Of a stretch of DNA of 64,000 nt, positions 1 to 9,210 are shown piece after piece. The DNA is taken from positions 2,214-66,213 of the forward strand of contig CABSMU010000009.1 in assembly GCA_902478835.1 (NCBI GenBank). Reading direction: 5' to 3'. Under the pieces are notes generated by a model. It did no database searches, was not told the origin of the DNA, and saw only the letters and a list, made by a program, of their open reading frames with translations. The stretch comes from an uncultured Collinsella sp. GTDB lineage: Bacteria > Actinomycetota > Coriobacteriia > Coriobacteriales > Coriobacteriaceae. The translations under genes were made by a program, and so were the position numbers. How positions within the stretch are numbered: the first letter of the stretch is position 1; every line of letters starts with the position of its first letter.

Positions 1-855
1 CAGGCGCTCGAGCAGCTCGGAGCCCTCCTCCATAATGGTGAGGTCGGCCGAGAAATCGGTGTCGAACACGTACTCAAAGCCCACGCGGCGCAGCGCGCAA
101 GCCAGGCGCTCGACGGTAGCCTCCTCGCGCGGAATGCCGAGTTCCTCACCCCAGGCGCTACGCACGGCAGGCGCGATCTGCACCAGCACGATCTTGTCGG
201 GATTAGCGAGCGCGTCAAACACGGTCTCGGTATCGTCGCGCTCGCGCAGCGCGCCCGTCGGGCAATGCGTAATGCACTGGCCGCACGCGACACAATCGGT
301 CTTGCCGATCGGCGCACGCCCACGGGTGCCCACGGCGGTATGCGTGGCGCGGTTGGTCAGGTCCCAAATCCCTAAGCCCTGCACGCTCTCGCACACCTTG
401 ATGCAGCGCATGCATTTAATGCACTTGTCGTTATCGCGGATGATGGGGAAATCGAAGTCCCAGCCCTCGCGCGCTAGGTGCTGCTCGTACGGCAGATAGA
501 AGATGCCCAGGTCGTTGGCGATGGTCTGCAGGTTGCAGTTACCACTGCGCACACAGCTCGTACAGCGCGAGTCGTGCTGGGACAGCAGCAGCTGCACGTT
601 GGTGCGACGGGCCTCACGGGCCTTGGGGCTGTTAGTGTGGACCACCATGCCGTCGAGCACGTAGTTGTTGCAGGCGGCAACCAGCTGGTCGCAGCCCTCG
701 ACCTCGACCACACACACGCGGCAGCCGCCGATCTCGTTCAGATCGCGCAGGTAGCACAGGGTGGGAATCTGAATGCCGACGGACTTGGCCGCATCCAGGA
801 TCGTGGTGTGCTCGGGAACCACAACCTCGCAGTTATCGATAATGAGCCTGACCAT
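1..855 (-). CDS. [FeFe]-hydrogenase catalytic subunit, N-terminal 285 codons (gene runs off the left edge)
   Basis: Absent from the ORF track because it has no stop inside the window. My translation of the minus strand from ATG 855..853 gives MVRLIIDNCEVVVPEHTTILDAAKSVGIQIPTLCYLRDLNEIGGCRVCVVEVEG (2Fe-2S ferredoxin-like N-terminus). This is followed by ferredoxin Cys motifs (DKCIKCMRCIKVCE, CVACGQCITHCP) and the start of the H-cluster domain (IAPAVRSAWGEE, FDTDFSADLTIMEEG). The frame stays open to position 1. Confidence 0.8.
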   Translation of the reverse strand, partial: MVRLIIDNCEVVVPEHTTILDAAKSVGIQIPTLCYLRDLNEIGGCRVCVVEVEGCDQLVAACNNYVLDGMVVHTNSPKAREARRTNVQLLLSQHDSRCTSCVRSGNCNLQTIANDLGIFYLPYEQHLAREGWDFDFPIIRDNDKCIKCMRCIKVCESVQGLGIWDLTNRATHTAVGTRGRAPIGKTDCVACGQCITHCPTGALRERDDTETVFDALANPDKIVLVQIAPAVRSAWGEELGIPREEATVERLACALRRVGFEYVFDTDFSADLTIMEEGSELLERL

Positions 856-905
856 GTTGTGCGCTCCGTTTTCGCTGTTGTCGCCGACAGTGGTTTTGTT
901 GAGCT

Positions 906-2738
906 CTACCATTCCAGGTTCCTCCCTCCGCGGAACGCGCCAAAGCCAAAGTGATCGCAACGCAGGCAGCGGCTCGCTTCCTGGCGTGCCTCCTCCTCGG
1001 TGAGGCCCTGCTCGACCAGATTCCAATCGTGAATACGTTCGCCGGCCTCGCGCTCACCCAGTTCGCAGCGACCGCACTCGTGCTTGCCCTTAAACTGGAC
1101 GGTCGGCAGCTCAACGTCAAGTTTGATCTTGTGGTCAAAGCCCAGGTAGCGGTCGATATTTGCCGAAGCAACGCGGCCGGCGTTGATGGCACGGATGACG
1201 GTAGCGGGGCCGGTCTGGCAGTCGCCGCCGCTAAAGAGGCCATCGAAGTTGGGCACGGCGCCGTCCGAATCGGTGACGATGCAGCCCCACTTGCAGGCAA
1301 TGCCCATGTCTTCAAACGGCTTGGAATCGATGTCCTGGCCAATGGCGACGAACACGCGCTCGCAGGAAATGACGCGCTCGGGCGTGGCAGCGGCACGCGG
1401 GGCCGGACGCCCACGACGGGGCTCGCCGATAATCTGCGGCTGCACGCGCAGGCCGCTCACGCGACCGTCCTCGCCCGTCTCAATACCGAGCGGGGCTGTG
1501 AGCTCCAGAACCTCGCAACCCTCGGCCTGGGCACCGGCAATCTCGGCGTCCTGGGCCGTCATATCGCAGATGCGGCGGCGGTAGACAATGCTCACCTTTT
1601 CGGCACCGCAGCGCACGGCAGAGCGAGCCACGTCCATGGCCACGTTGCCGCCGCCGATGACGCACACGCGCTGGCCGCTCAGGTCGGGCAGCTCGTCGTC
1701 ACCGATGGCGCGCAGCATCTTGACGGCCGACTCCACGCCGGGCGCCTCTTCGCCCGGAAGGCCGAGCTTCTTGTCGTTATGGGCACCGATGGCCAGGTAG
1801 ACGGCATCGAACTCGTCGCGCAGGCGAGCGAGCTCCTCGCCGTTGACGGAGTGGTCGAGCTCAACGTCGATACCGGCGCTCAAGATCCAGTCGATCTCGG
1901 CCTGAAGACGCTCGCGCGGCAGGCGGTAGCTGGGAATGCCATAGCGCAGCATGCCGCCCAGGTGGTGGCGCTGCTCAAAGATGGTCACCTTGTGGCCCAT
2001 CACGGCCAGGTAGTAGGCGCAGGAAAGACCGGCCGGGCCGCCGCCGATCACGGCGACGCGCTTACCGGTGTTGTCGGCCACGCTGGGCTTGTAATCGTTG
2101 AGGTCACTATGCTCGACGGCAAAACGCTTGAGGGCGAGGATGTTCATGGGATCATCGACCATGCCACGGCGGCAGTGCATCTCGCAGGGATGCTCGCACA
2201 CCAGGCCGCAGACGAGCGGCAGCGGATTGTTCTTGCGGATGACCTTGACGGCATCGGCATAGCGGCCGGCCTCGACGAGCGAAATGTACCCGGGAATGTC
2301 GACGTGCGCCGGGCAGCCTGAGACGCACGGGACGCGGGCCTCGCGATCAAAGCCGCAGGAGTGCTCGCGGATGTGATGCTCAAAATCGTCGCGGAAGCCG
2401 CGAATGGCCGTGAGTGCCATGGCGCCAGCTTCGTAGCCGATGGCGCAATCGCTCGAAAGGTAGATGGTGCGGGCGGTGCGCTCAATCAAGTTGAGCGTGG
2501 ACTCGTCGGCGCGGCCCTCGAGCACATCGGCGAGCAGATCGCTCAGCGCGCTCAGGCCCACGCGGCAGGGCGTACACTTGCCGCAGCTCTGGGTGGAGCA
2601 CAGGTTGACGAGCGCCGCCGTAAACTCGACGGGGCACGGGGCGAGCGAACTCACCGCCAGACGGCGTCCGAGCGCATCGTGCAGGTCGTCCATGACGGCC
2701 TGAGCGTGGCTGCGTTCCATTACATGCAGTCGTGCCAT
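906..2738 (-). CDS. NuoF-like 4Fe-4S domain fused to a GltD-like FAD/NAD(P)H oxidoreductase, probable electron-transfer partner of the downstream hydrogenase
   Basis: ORF 906..2753. Contains CGKCTPCR, two dinucleotide-binding motifs (VAVIGGGPAGLSCAYY, VCVIGGGNVAMDVA) and GltD-like LRYGIPSYRLP. Start moved to ATG 2738, which has a GAGGGGA RBS. It lies 50 nt upstream of the hydrogenase start on the same strand. Confidence 0.8.
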   Translation of the reverse strand: MARLHVMERSHAQAVMDDLHDALGRRLAVSSLAPCPVEFTAALVNLCSTQSCGKCTPCRVGLSALSDLLADVLEGRADESTLNLIERTARTIYLSSDCAIGYEAGAMALTAIRGFRDDFEHHIREHSCGFDREARVPCVSGCPAHVDIPGYISLVEAGRYADAVKVIRKNNPLPLVCGLVCEHPCEMHCRRGMVDDPMNILALKRFAVEHSDLNDYKPSVADNTGKRVAVIGGGPAGLSCAYYLAVMGHKVTIFEQRHHLGGMLRYGIPSYRLPRERLQAEIDWILSAGIDVELDHSVNGEELARLRDEFDAVYLAIGAHNDKKLGLPGEEAPGVESAVKMLRAIGDDELPDLSGQRVCVIGGGNVAMDVARSAVRCGAEKVSIVYRRRICDMTAQDAEIAGAQAEGCEVLELTAPLGIETGEDGRVSGLRVQPQIIGEPRRGRPAPRAAATPERVISCERVFVAIGQDIDSKPFEDMGIACKWGCIVTDSDGAVPNFDGLFSGGDCQTGPATVIRAINAGRVASANIDRYLGFDHKIKLDVELPTVQFKGKHECGRCELGEREAGERIHDWNLVEQGLTEEEARQEASRCLRCDHFGFGAFRGGRNLEW

Positions 2739-2923
2739 AAGATCCCCTCTCATGCGGCAGCCCGGAGGCGAGGCCGGGCGAAAATGCTACATGCAACACA
2801 CTGACCTAAAAAGTTGTTTGGCAACAACACGGTTCGGCAGGCGGTATGAAATGTCGTCCTTAGCGGTGAAAACGAACATTTCCGCAGATAAATGCCATAT
2901 TTGATAAAACGCGTTACCAAATG

Positions 2924-2964
2924 ACAATGCCCCGCCCGCGCACAACACGCGGACGGGGCATTGT
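2924..2964 (-). terminator. Hairpin downstream of the GH4 gene
   Basis: ACAATGCCCCGCCCGCG-cacaaca-CGCGGACGGGGCATTGT forms a 17-bp stem with one mismatch, 32 nt past the stop at 2996. The U-tract is weak. Confidence 0.5.
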
Positions 2965-2995
2965 TCAAGTTATGTGGCCAGCGGCACTGTCACCT

Positions 2996-4378
2996 TTACT
3001 TAAGCTCGGGCCAGAAGTCCTTGTTAGCCTCGATCATGTCGTCGAGAACCTCCTTGGCGACCTTCATCGACGGCACGGTCTTGTTCAGTGTAAAGGCCTT
3101 GAGCGCCTTCTCGTACGAACCCTCGATCGTAGCCTCGACCACGAGCTTCTCGGAGTTCAGCTGCTGCATCATGAGGCCCTGCTGGAACAGCGGAATGTTG
3201 TCGCGGCTGATGACCTCGGGGCCGTTCTTGCCAATGTAGGCAGGCAGCTCGACCATAGCGTCATAGGGCATGTTGGGGATAGCGCCCTTGTTCTCGCAAA
3301 TGACCAGGAAGCGCTGCTTGGTGTCGTTCTTCAGAGCGATAGCCAGATCGGCAATCCAGTCGCCGTGGCTGCCCGCATAGAACGTGCTCTCGTCGATCTC
3401 GCCCGTCTTCTCGTAGTGGTCGATGCCGTCGAAGAGGTTCTTCTCACGCGTCTCCTCAACCTCGTTAGCACGGGTGCGCTCGGGGTTGGAATGCTCGACG
3501 AACTCCTTCTGCTGCAGGTAGTAGTTCAGGTACGTGTTGGGCAGGTACTCCGGGAAGCACTCCATGATCTCGTACTCGCCCTTCCAGACGTAGTACCAGC
3601 TGCCCTTGGTGTGGCGGTTCTGCTCGGGGTGCTCGTCAGTGGCCTCCTCGGGCTTCTTTGCCATGAGCGAGCCCATGCCCTTGAGGTAGGAGTCGGGCAG
3701 CAGGATCTGGTGCTCCTTGATGTACTCGCGCAGCTGCGGCAGGACCTCCTCGCCCTTGTGGCGGATCGAGGTGAACCAACCAAAGTGGTTGAGGCCAAAG
3801 TAATCGTACTCGACATCCTTCTTGTCGATGTCGAGCGCGGCGCAAACCACGTCGATGATCGCGATCGGCATGTCGCAGATGTTGATGATGCGAGCGTTGG
3901 GACGCAGCACACGGCAGCCCTCGGAGACGATGGCAGCGGGGTTGGAGTAGTTGAGAATCCAGTAGTCCTTCTTGGCGTACTTCTCAACGTCATCGATCAG
4001 CTCGACCATGGGGAAGATGGTGCGCATGCCGTAGGCAAGGCCGCCGCAGCCGCAGGTCTCCTGACCCACGCAGCCGTGACGCAGCGGAATCTTCTCGTCC
4101 TGCTCGCGCATGGCGTAGCCGCCCACGCGCATCTGGGCAAACACGAAGCTGGCATCCGTAAAGGCAGTCTCCTTGTCGGTGGTCACCGTGAGCTTGATGT
4201 CCAGGCCGATGTCCTCGTGCAGAATCCAGTCCACGAGCACGCCGATCTTGCGCTGGCGCTCCTCGTTGATGTCGTACAGGCGAATCTCGTCAACGTCGAG
4301 CTCGTCCTTGCGCAGGGCAATGGACTTGACGATGCCGGGGGTAAAGGTGGATCCGCCACCGCACAGAGTAATGATCAT
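2996..4378 (-). CDS. 6-phospho-alpha-glucosidase, glycoside hydrolase family 4 (GlvA/MalH/AglB type)
   Basis: 460-aa ORF with GGGSTFTPGIV, MRVGGYAMREQDEKIPLRHGCVGQETCGCGG, NYSNPAAIV, ICDMP, LPNTYLNYYL and ANKDFWPEL. These match my memory of B. subtilis GlvA closely. It lies 4 nt after the EIICB stop. Confidence 0.85.
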   Translation of the reverse strand: MIITLCGGGSTFTPGIVKSIALRKDELDVDEIRLYDINEERQRKIGVLVDWILHEDIGLDIKLTVTTDKETAFTDASFVFAQMRVGGYAMREQDEKIPLRHGCVGQETCGCGGLAYGMRTIFPMVELIDDVEKYAKKDYWILNYSNPAAIVSEGCRVLRPNARIINICDMPIAIIDVVCAALDIDKKDVEYDYFGLNHFGWFTSIRHKGEEVLPQLREYIKEHQILLPDSYLKGMGSLMAKKPEEATDEHPEQNRHTKGSWYYVWKGEYEIMECFPEYLPNTYLNYYLQQKEFVEHSNPERTRANEVEETREKNLFDGIDHYEKTGEIDESTFYAGSHGDWIADLAIALKNDTKQRFLVICENKGAIPNMPYDAMVELPAYIGKNGPEVISRDNIPLFQQGLMMQQLNSEKLVVEATIEGSYEKALKAFTLNKTVPSMKVAKEVLDDMIEANKDFWPELK

Positions 4379-4381
4379 TGT

Positions 4382-5998
4382 TTACTGCTCCTTCTCAATT
4401 GCGTTTTCGACCTTGTCGCGCATCTCGGCGACCTTCATGCCAAAGATGATCTGGATATTGTTGCCGTTGCGGTTGATGCCGCTGTTGGGCACGTGGTTGA
4501 TGAGGTTCTCATCGATGAGGTCCGGGTTCTTAACGTTCACGCGAAGACGCGTAAAGCAGTTCTCGAGCTCCTCGATGTTGTCCTTGCCGCCAAGACCTGC
4601 GACCAGGTCGGCAATACCTGCATCGACGCCCTCTGCGGGAGCTGCGGCAACAGCGCCCTGCTTCACCGCGACAGACGCGGCGGCCTCGCCCTCGGCAACG
4701 GACTCAGCGAGCTCGGACTCCTCCTCGCGGCCAGGCGTGTGGAGGTTGAGCTTCTTAATAAGGAAGGTGAAGAGGAAGAAGTACAGAGCGGCGTTGACGA
4801 CTCCGAGCACGAGCATCATCGGCCAGTTGGTCTTATCGACACCAAGGACCAGGTTGGAAACCACGATGTTGATGATGCCGCCTGCAGTCGAAGCGGGCAC
4901 GGAGAGGACCTTGAGCAGGACCAGGAAGATACCGGAAAGAACCGAGTGAACGACAAAGAGCACGGGGGCGGCAAAGACAAAGAGGAAGTCCATGGGCTCG
5001 GTGACACAGGAGAGCACGGCGGTGATGATCAGCGGGATGATAACGGCCTTGGTCTTATCCTTGTTCCCCTTGTAAGCGGTGAAGATAAAGGCGAGACCGA
5101 TACCAATGTAGGGCCACAGGTTGTTGAAGGTGTAGCTGTTGAAGTAGGTGCTATCGGAGAAGGGCTGGCCCGTCATTGCCATCTCGGCAACACGGATGGG
5201 ATAGGCGCCGGCGATAACCTGATCGCCCAGCGTCAGGGTGCCGCCCACATCGGAGAACTGGAACGGAGTGTAGATGAGGTGGTGCAGACCGGTGGGAACG
5301 AGCAGCTTGTTGAGCATACCGTAGATAAACAGACCGATGTTGCCCGACTCCTTAATGATGCCGGCAACGGAGGAGATTGCACCCTGAACCGGAGGCCAAA
5401 CGATGCAGAAGCCAGCACCCATGATCCAGGAAATGATGATCATGATCAGGAACGGGAAGCGAACGCCCGAGAACATCGAAAGGGCAATGGGGAACTGCTT
5501 GTTCGAGTACTTGTTGAACACGGCACCGGTGATGCAACCAAGAATGATGCCGCCAAACACGCCGGTATCGAGCACCTGAATGCCCATAACGGTGCTCTGT
5601 CCGGTTCCGGTAAGGCCGAGCATGCCGCTCGCTTCGGCAAGAGAGCCGGTGGCGTTGAGCACGATGTTATTGGCCTGAAGGAACAGGAAGAACGACATCA
5701 GGGCGATCAGCGAAGCATGGCCCTTGTTCTTCTTTGCCATGGCGCCGGCGATGCCCACGCAGAACAGAATCGAGAGGTTGTTGATGATAAACATCAGCGA
5801 CTGATAGACAACGGCGCCCACAAGCTGGAACGGACCGGAGCCCAGCACGGGAATCATGGCGCAGATGGTCTTGTTGGTCAGAATGATGCCCACGATGAGC
5901 AGAATGCCGGCAACCGAGAGATACATCATCGGCTGGACTATTGACTTCGCGAACACCTCCAACGGCGCTTTGAAATTGAACTTCTTTTTTGCGGTCAT
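4382..5998 (-). CDS. PTS glucose/alpha-glucoside-family EIICB component
   Basis: Polytopic membrane ORF with a C-terminal EIIB domain containing the NCFTRLRV active-site Cys motif. Start set at ATG 5998, which has a GGAAGGGGAG RBS; the ORF track opens at 6025. Confidence 0.85.
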   Translation of the reverse strand: MTAKKKFNFKAPLEVFAKSIVQPMMYLSVAGILLIVGIILTNKTICAMIPVLGSGPFQLVGAVVYQSLMFIINNLSILFCVGIAGAMAKKNKGHASLIALMSFFLFLQANNIVLNATGSLAEASGMLGLTGTGQSTVMGIQVLDTGVFGGIILGCITGAVFNKYSNKQFPIALSMFSGVRFPFLIMIIISWIMGAGFCIVWPPVQGAISSVAGIIKESGNIGLFIYGMLNKLLVPTGLHHLIYTPFQFSDVGGTLTLGDQVIAGAYPIRVAEMAMTGQPFSDSTYFNSYTFNNLWPYIGIGLAFIFTAYKGNKDKTKAVIIPLIITAVLSCVTEPMDFLFVFAAPVLFVVHSVLSGIFLVLLKVLSVPASTAGGIINIVVSNLVLGVDKTNWPMMLVLGVVNAALYFFLFTFLIKKLNLHTPGREEESELAESVAEGEAAASVAVKQGAVAAAPAEGVDAGIADLVAGLGGKDNIEELENCFTRLRVNVKNPDLIDENLINHVPNSGINRNGNNIQIIFGMKVAEMRDKVENAIEKEQ

Positions 5999-6097
5999 AG
6001 CGGTACTCCCCTTCCTTTTCCGCAAATTAAGACAGATGTGCCCTGGACAAGACCGTGAGCCCTGCCTTATATCAATCGATGTGTGGGCACGTTATGC

Positions 6098-6963
6098 CTA
6101 GAGACCAGGTTCTCCAAGCAGGTTAACAATGTGATATGCGAGATAACTCTTCTCGGCATCGGTAACGACAACGTTATAGGTAGACGACAAGTGGGCGGCT
6201 ATGGCGTCCGCGCACGAGAACGCGCACGGATACTTAGTTTCATCGATTCGGAACAGCGCATCGTCATTGATCTGCCCGGCCGCGGGGTCAAGCGCCCGCT
6301 GTGCGAAAAACTGCAGGTGGCGGACGAAACGCTCATAGGGCAACGAGGTGTCGTCGAGGGTCGCAGCGTAACGATCGGAAACAATCGCGAGTACGTCGCG
6401 AACAAGCTGGACCGAGATGATGAGACGGTCGGAGCGTTGCGGCATGGTGGCGTTGACGATATGCAGCGTAATAAAACCCTGCTCTTCTTCGCTCATCTGG
6501 ATGCCCATATACTCCTTGACAATCTGCAGCGCACGGCCCGCAAGCGCATACTCCTTGCGATAGAACTGCTGGATCTCGAGCAGCAACGGATTCTCACAGG
6601 AGACGCCCTTGCGCTCGCGCTCCAAAGCAAGGCCGATATGGTCTGCGAGAGCAATGAGGATCTTGTCGTTGATATCAACATTGAGCTCTCGACGGAGCAT
6701 CTGAACAATGTCCTCGGCAATCACGAGGTTGACGGTGGGGATGGAATCCAAAAGATGTGCCAAGCGGTCGATCGTACGCGAATCCTGAGAAGTGCCCTCC
6801 TGCAGCGCATAGGTCTTTTCGACCGATGCTTCATCGATAGCGTCGCCGGCATGACGGCCAAAGCAGAGGCCTCGACCGATGACAATGGCTCGGAGCCATC
6901 GTCCGAAGTGACCATTGCGACGTTATTGTTGAAAACTCGCTTGATAACCACGGTACCCACCAC
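6098..6963 (-). pseudogene. BglG/LicT/SacY-family PRD transcriptional antiterminator, interrupted by a 1-nt frameshift near 6887
   Basis: ORF 6721..6963 encodes the CAT RNA-binding domain (VVIKRVFNNNVAMVTSDDGSEP). The expected continuation IVIGRGLCFGRHAGDAIDEASVEKTYAL...RLAHLLDSIP is in the -1 shifted frame and runs into ORF 6098..6763 (PRD domains). The two parts plus 1 nt give a 288-aa protein of normal LicT length. Confidence 0.8.
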
Positions 6964-6969
6964 AAGAAT

Positions 6970-7482
6970 TTACTCGGAAAGCCAGACGACAGGCTCTTTA
7001 ACAGCAACAGGGCCGGAAGCGTGCTCACGAAGAGTCGAGTTCTCCGAACGCTCGCACACGATAACGAAGACCGTGGGATCGAAGCCGGCGGCGCGGACCG
7101 CGTCGAAATCGACCTCGACGAGGGGCTGGCCCGCGTCGACATGGTCACCCTGGGCAACAAGCGCATGGAAGCCCTTGCCCTCAAGTTTAACAGTGTCGAT
7201 TCCGATATGCAGCATCACCTGAGCAGAGCTGTCGTCGGACATGATGCCCAGTGCATGCTCGGTCGGGAACAGTGCCGCGACGGTACCGGAGACAGGAGCG
7301 CACACCGTTCCCTCTTGGGGAACCACGGCAACGCCATCGCCCACGGCACGGCTGCTAAAAGCGGGATCGTTGGTTTTTTCTAGGTGAACAAGCTCGCCGG
7401 AAACGGGAGCGAGGATTTCGAACTCGGAGGTTGCAGTCTTCTGCTCATCCGAACCGCCCATCAGGCGAGAAAAGAAACCCAT
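6970..7482 (-). CDS. PTS EIIA-Glc (Crr-like) component
   Basis: HIGIDTVKLEGKGF active-site His region and VFVIV C-terminus. Start set at the MGFFSRLMGG Met (7482) inside ORF 6970..7545. Confidence 0.8.
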   Translation of the reverse strand: MGFFSRLMGGSDEQKTATSEFEILAPVSGELVHLEKTNDPAFSSRAVGDGVAVVPQEGTVCAPVSGTVAALFPTEHALGIMSDDSSAQVMLHIGIDTVKLEGKGFHALVAQGDHVDAGQPLVEVDFDAVRAAGFDPTVFVIVCERSENSTLREHASGPVAVKEPVVWLSE

Positions 7483-7749
7483 GGTGGCATGTCCCTTCAT
7501 AAATATAGCCCAACCAAAATCAAGCGAATGCATCCATAGAGACACACCCGTTCAAAGACTTTGGTTAGGCCCACGTCCGAGGGACTCGGTAACCTTCCGC
7601 ATTTCTTTTTACGGGAGATATTGTAGACAAGCCCAAAGCCAGAACAATCATTATGACCGGTGAGCGGTATTTTTTCTTCGATAAACGGTATTTAGGCGGC
7701 ACTTAGGGACGTTCCTTTCCTGCCGGCACCCAGGGGCACTCCTCACTCT

Positions 7750-7812
7750 GGTGCGTTGGGGACAGGTTTGTTTGCACCAGGTTGGTGCAGATTAACCTGT
7801 CCCCAACGCACC
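7750..7812. repeat. Nested hairpin repeat (GGGGACAGGT family)
   Basis: GGTGCGTTGGGGACAGGT ... ACCTGTCCCCAACGCACC is a perfect 18-bp inverted repeat. It encloses a second hairpin, TTTGCACCAGGTTGGTGCAGA. A related copy lies at 18532..18578. Confidence 0.8.
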
Positions 7813-7825
7813 AATTTCGTATGCG

Positions 7826-8587
7826 CTAGATGAAGAGCTCGCATTCCTTCCGCACGACGCAAACCTTGCTCAACATCTGGGAAACAGCGGATAGCTTGTT
7901 GGGATCAAGCTTGCGAGCGCCTCGCGGACATACGGCGATGCAGCGCATGCAGGAGATGCACGCCTCGCCAGCTGCTCGCTTGGGGTCGCCCTTGTCGATA
8001 GCACAAACGGGGCACGCCGCGGCGCATGCACCGCAGGAGGCGCAATCCTCTGTTGCCTCGGGTGCCATGCGATGACCTCCAGCTTGTTTATAAGGACGAT
8101 TGCCGGGAATAGAGGGCTCGGATGCGTCCTCAGCCAACAGCTTTTGCTGAATTTGCTGCGCAAACTCTGCGAGCTGCGCCGCATCCTGCGCATCCGGTCG
8201 CCCAGCAGCAAACTGACGAGCAACGGAATGCTCAGCAATAGCAGAAACCGCTGCAACCACCCTAAATCCGGCGCGCTTCGCAACGTCCTCCAGCTCTACG
8301 AGCGTGTCCTCAAACGCGCGGTTTCCGTATACACAAACCAAAACAGTCCGAGCCCCGTTGCCGCGCACCATGCCCAACCGGTCAGCCACCACAGCCGGGA
8401 TTCTACCGGCATACGCCGGCGCAGAGATTACGGCCACGTCGTCCTTAGTCATCGACACAGCGCTGAAATCTAGCCCGCTATCGGTCAAATCGACGGTAAC
8501 GGTATTCTTGTCCAGCGCCCCGGCCACAAGGCCAGACACCTTCCGCGTTCCGCCCGTCGGACTAAACACAATTTCGAATACGCTCAT
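7826..8587 (-). CDS. Flavodoxin-like domain protein with a C-terminal 2x[4Fe-4S] ferredoxin domain
   Basis: 253-aa ORF with two CxxCxxCxxxCP motifs (CASCGACAAACPV, CISCMRCIAVCPR) after a flavodoxin-like N-terminal half. Confidence 0.6.
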   Translation of the reverse strand: MSVFEIVFSPTGGTRKVSGLVAGALDKNTVTVDLTDSGLDFSAVSMTKDDVAVISAPAYAGRIPAVVADRLGMVRGNGARTVLVCVYGNRAFEDTLVELEDVAKRAGFRVVAAVSAIAEHSVARQFAAGRPDAQDAAQLAEFAQQIQQKLLAEDASEPSIPGNRPYKQAGGHRMAPEATEDCASCGACAAACPVCAIDKGDPKRAAGEACISCMRCIAVCPRGARKLDPNKLSAVSQMLSKVCVVRKECELFI

Positions 8588-9145
8588 CGAGGCACCCTCT
8601 CCCTACGCCAGGCAACACGTCAAGCCGTTTTCACATTCAGACAGAGTATACGGCGCATGGGGGGGAGCTCCCCGTTTTGGTGCGCTAGGCAGCCCGATAC
8701 ACCAACCCATACTGCCCGCCTTTTCGGTTTGCATAATTCCCGGTACAGATTGCATATATTTACTGGATACCGCCGCGTTCTCCTGAGGTACCCCATCCTG
8801 GCCCGTGCAAAAAACGGAGTATTCTGCAACGTGACCGCGCCAGCACCGCCGCGGGTGGGCAAAACTGTAGGGCGCCGTATCATTCTAAGTCCCGACATGG
8901 CGAGAATGACGCGCCCCTGCTCCGGAAAACGGCGAAATCTGACTCGGAACGCTCGCTAGGGATATCCGAAGGCCACCGTTGGCGACGTCGAATCATATGC
9001 AGACAACTCGAACTGCAGAATACTCCAAAAAATGCACGGCGCACCCCATAGGACCCATTGCTGCATGGCGGAAAATAGGTCCTCAGCATCCCCCAGATGC
9101 ATTCCCGAGAACATCACGTTTGAATTAGCGATGGACACGGCAAAC

Positions 9146-9178
9146 AAAAGGGCCCGAGCGTTATTTGCTCGGGCCCTT
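9146..9178 (-). terminator. Rho-independent terminator after the DEAD-box helicase gene
   Basis: AAGGGCCCGAGC-gttattt-GCTCGGGCCCTT, followed on the minus strand by TTTTGTTTG. Confidence 0.8.
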
Positions 9179-9210
9179 AGCTTGTCTCACGCTAGCGCGC
9201 GATGCGCATC

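Noticed and set aside
2921-5944. 1007-aa plus-strand ORF. Similar very long ORFs occur at 9202..11526 (+), 15861..17408 (-), 16088..17620 (-), 23356..24636 (+), 24759..26297 (+), 26655..29612 (+), 51012..53792 (+), 54562..56655 (-) and 58818..60551 (+).
   Set aside because: Each lies antisense to a gene with unmistakable family motifs (GH4/PTS, DEAD helicase, CopA, GltD/GltB, SecA, citrate synthase, adenine deaminase). Their products are low-complexity Ala/Gly/Arg/Val/Leu-rich strings with no motifs. This is typical of open mirror frames in high-GC DNA.
5999-6097. RAT antiterminator target plus terminator expected between the LicT-like gene and the PTS EIICB gene
   Set aside because: Only weak resemblance to the RAT consensus (GATTG..TA....GCAGG), and no clean hairpin with U-tract. 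Not reported as a feature.
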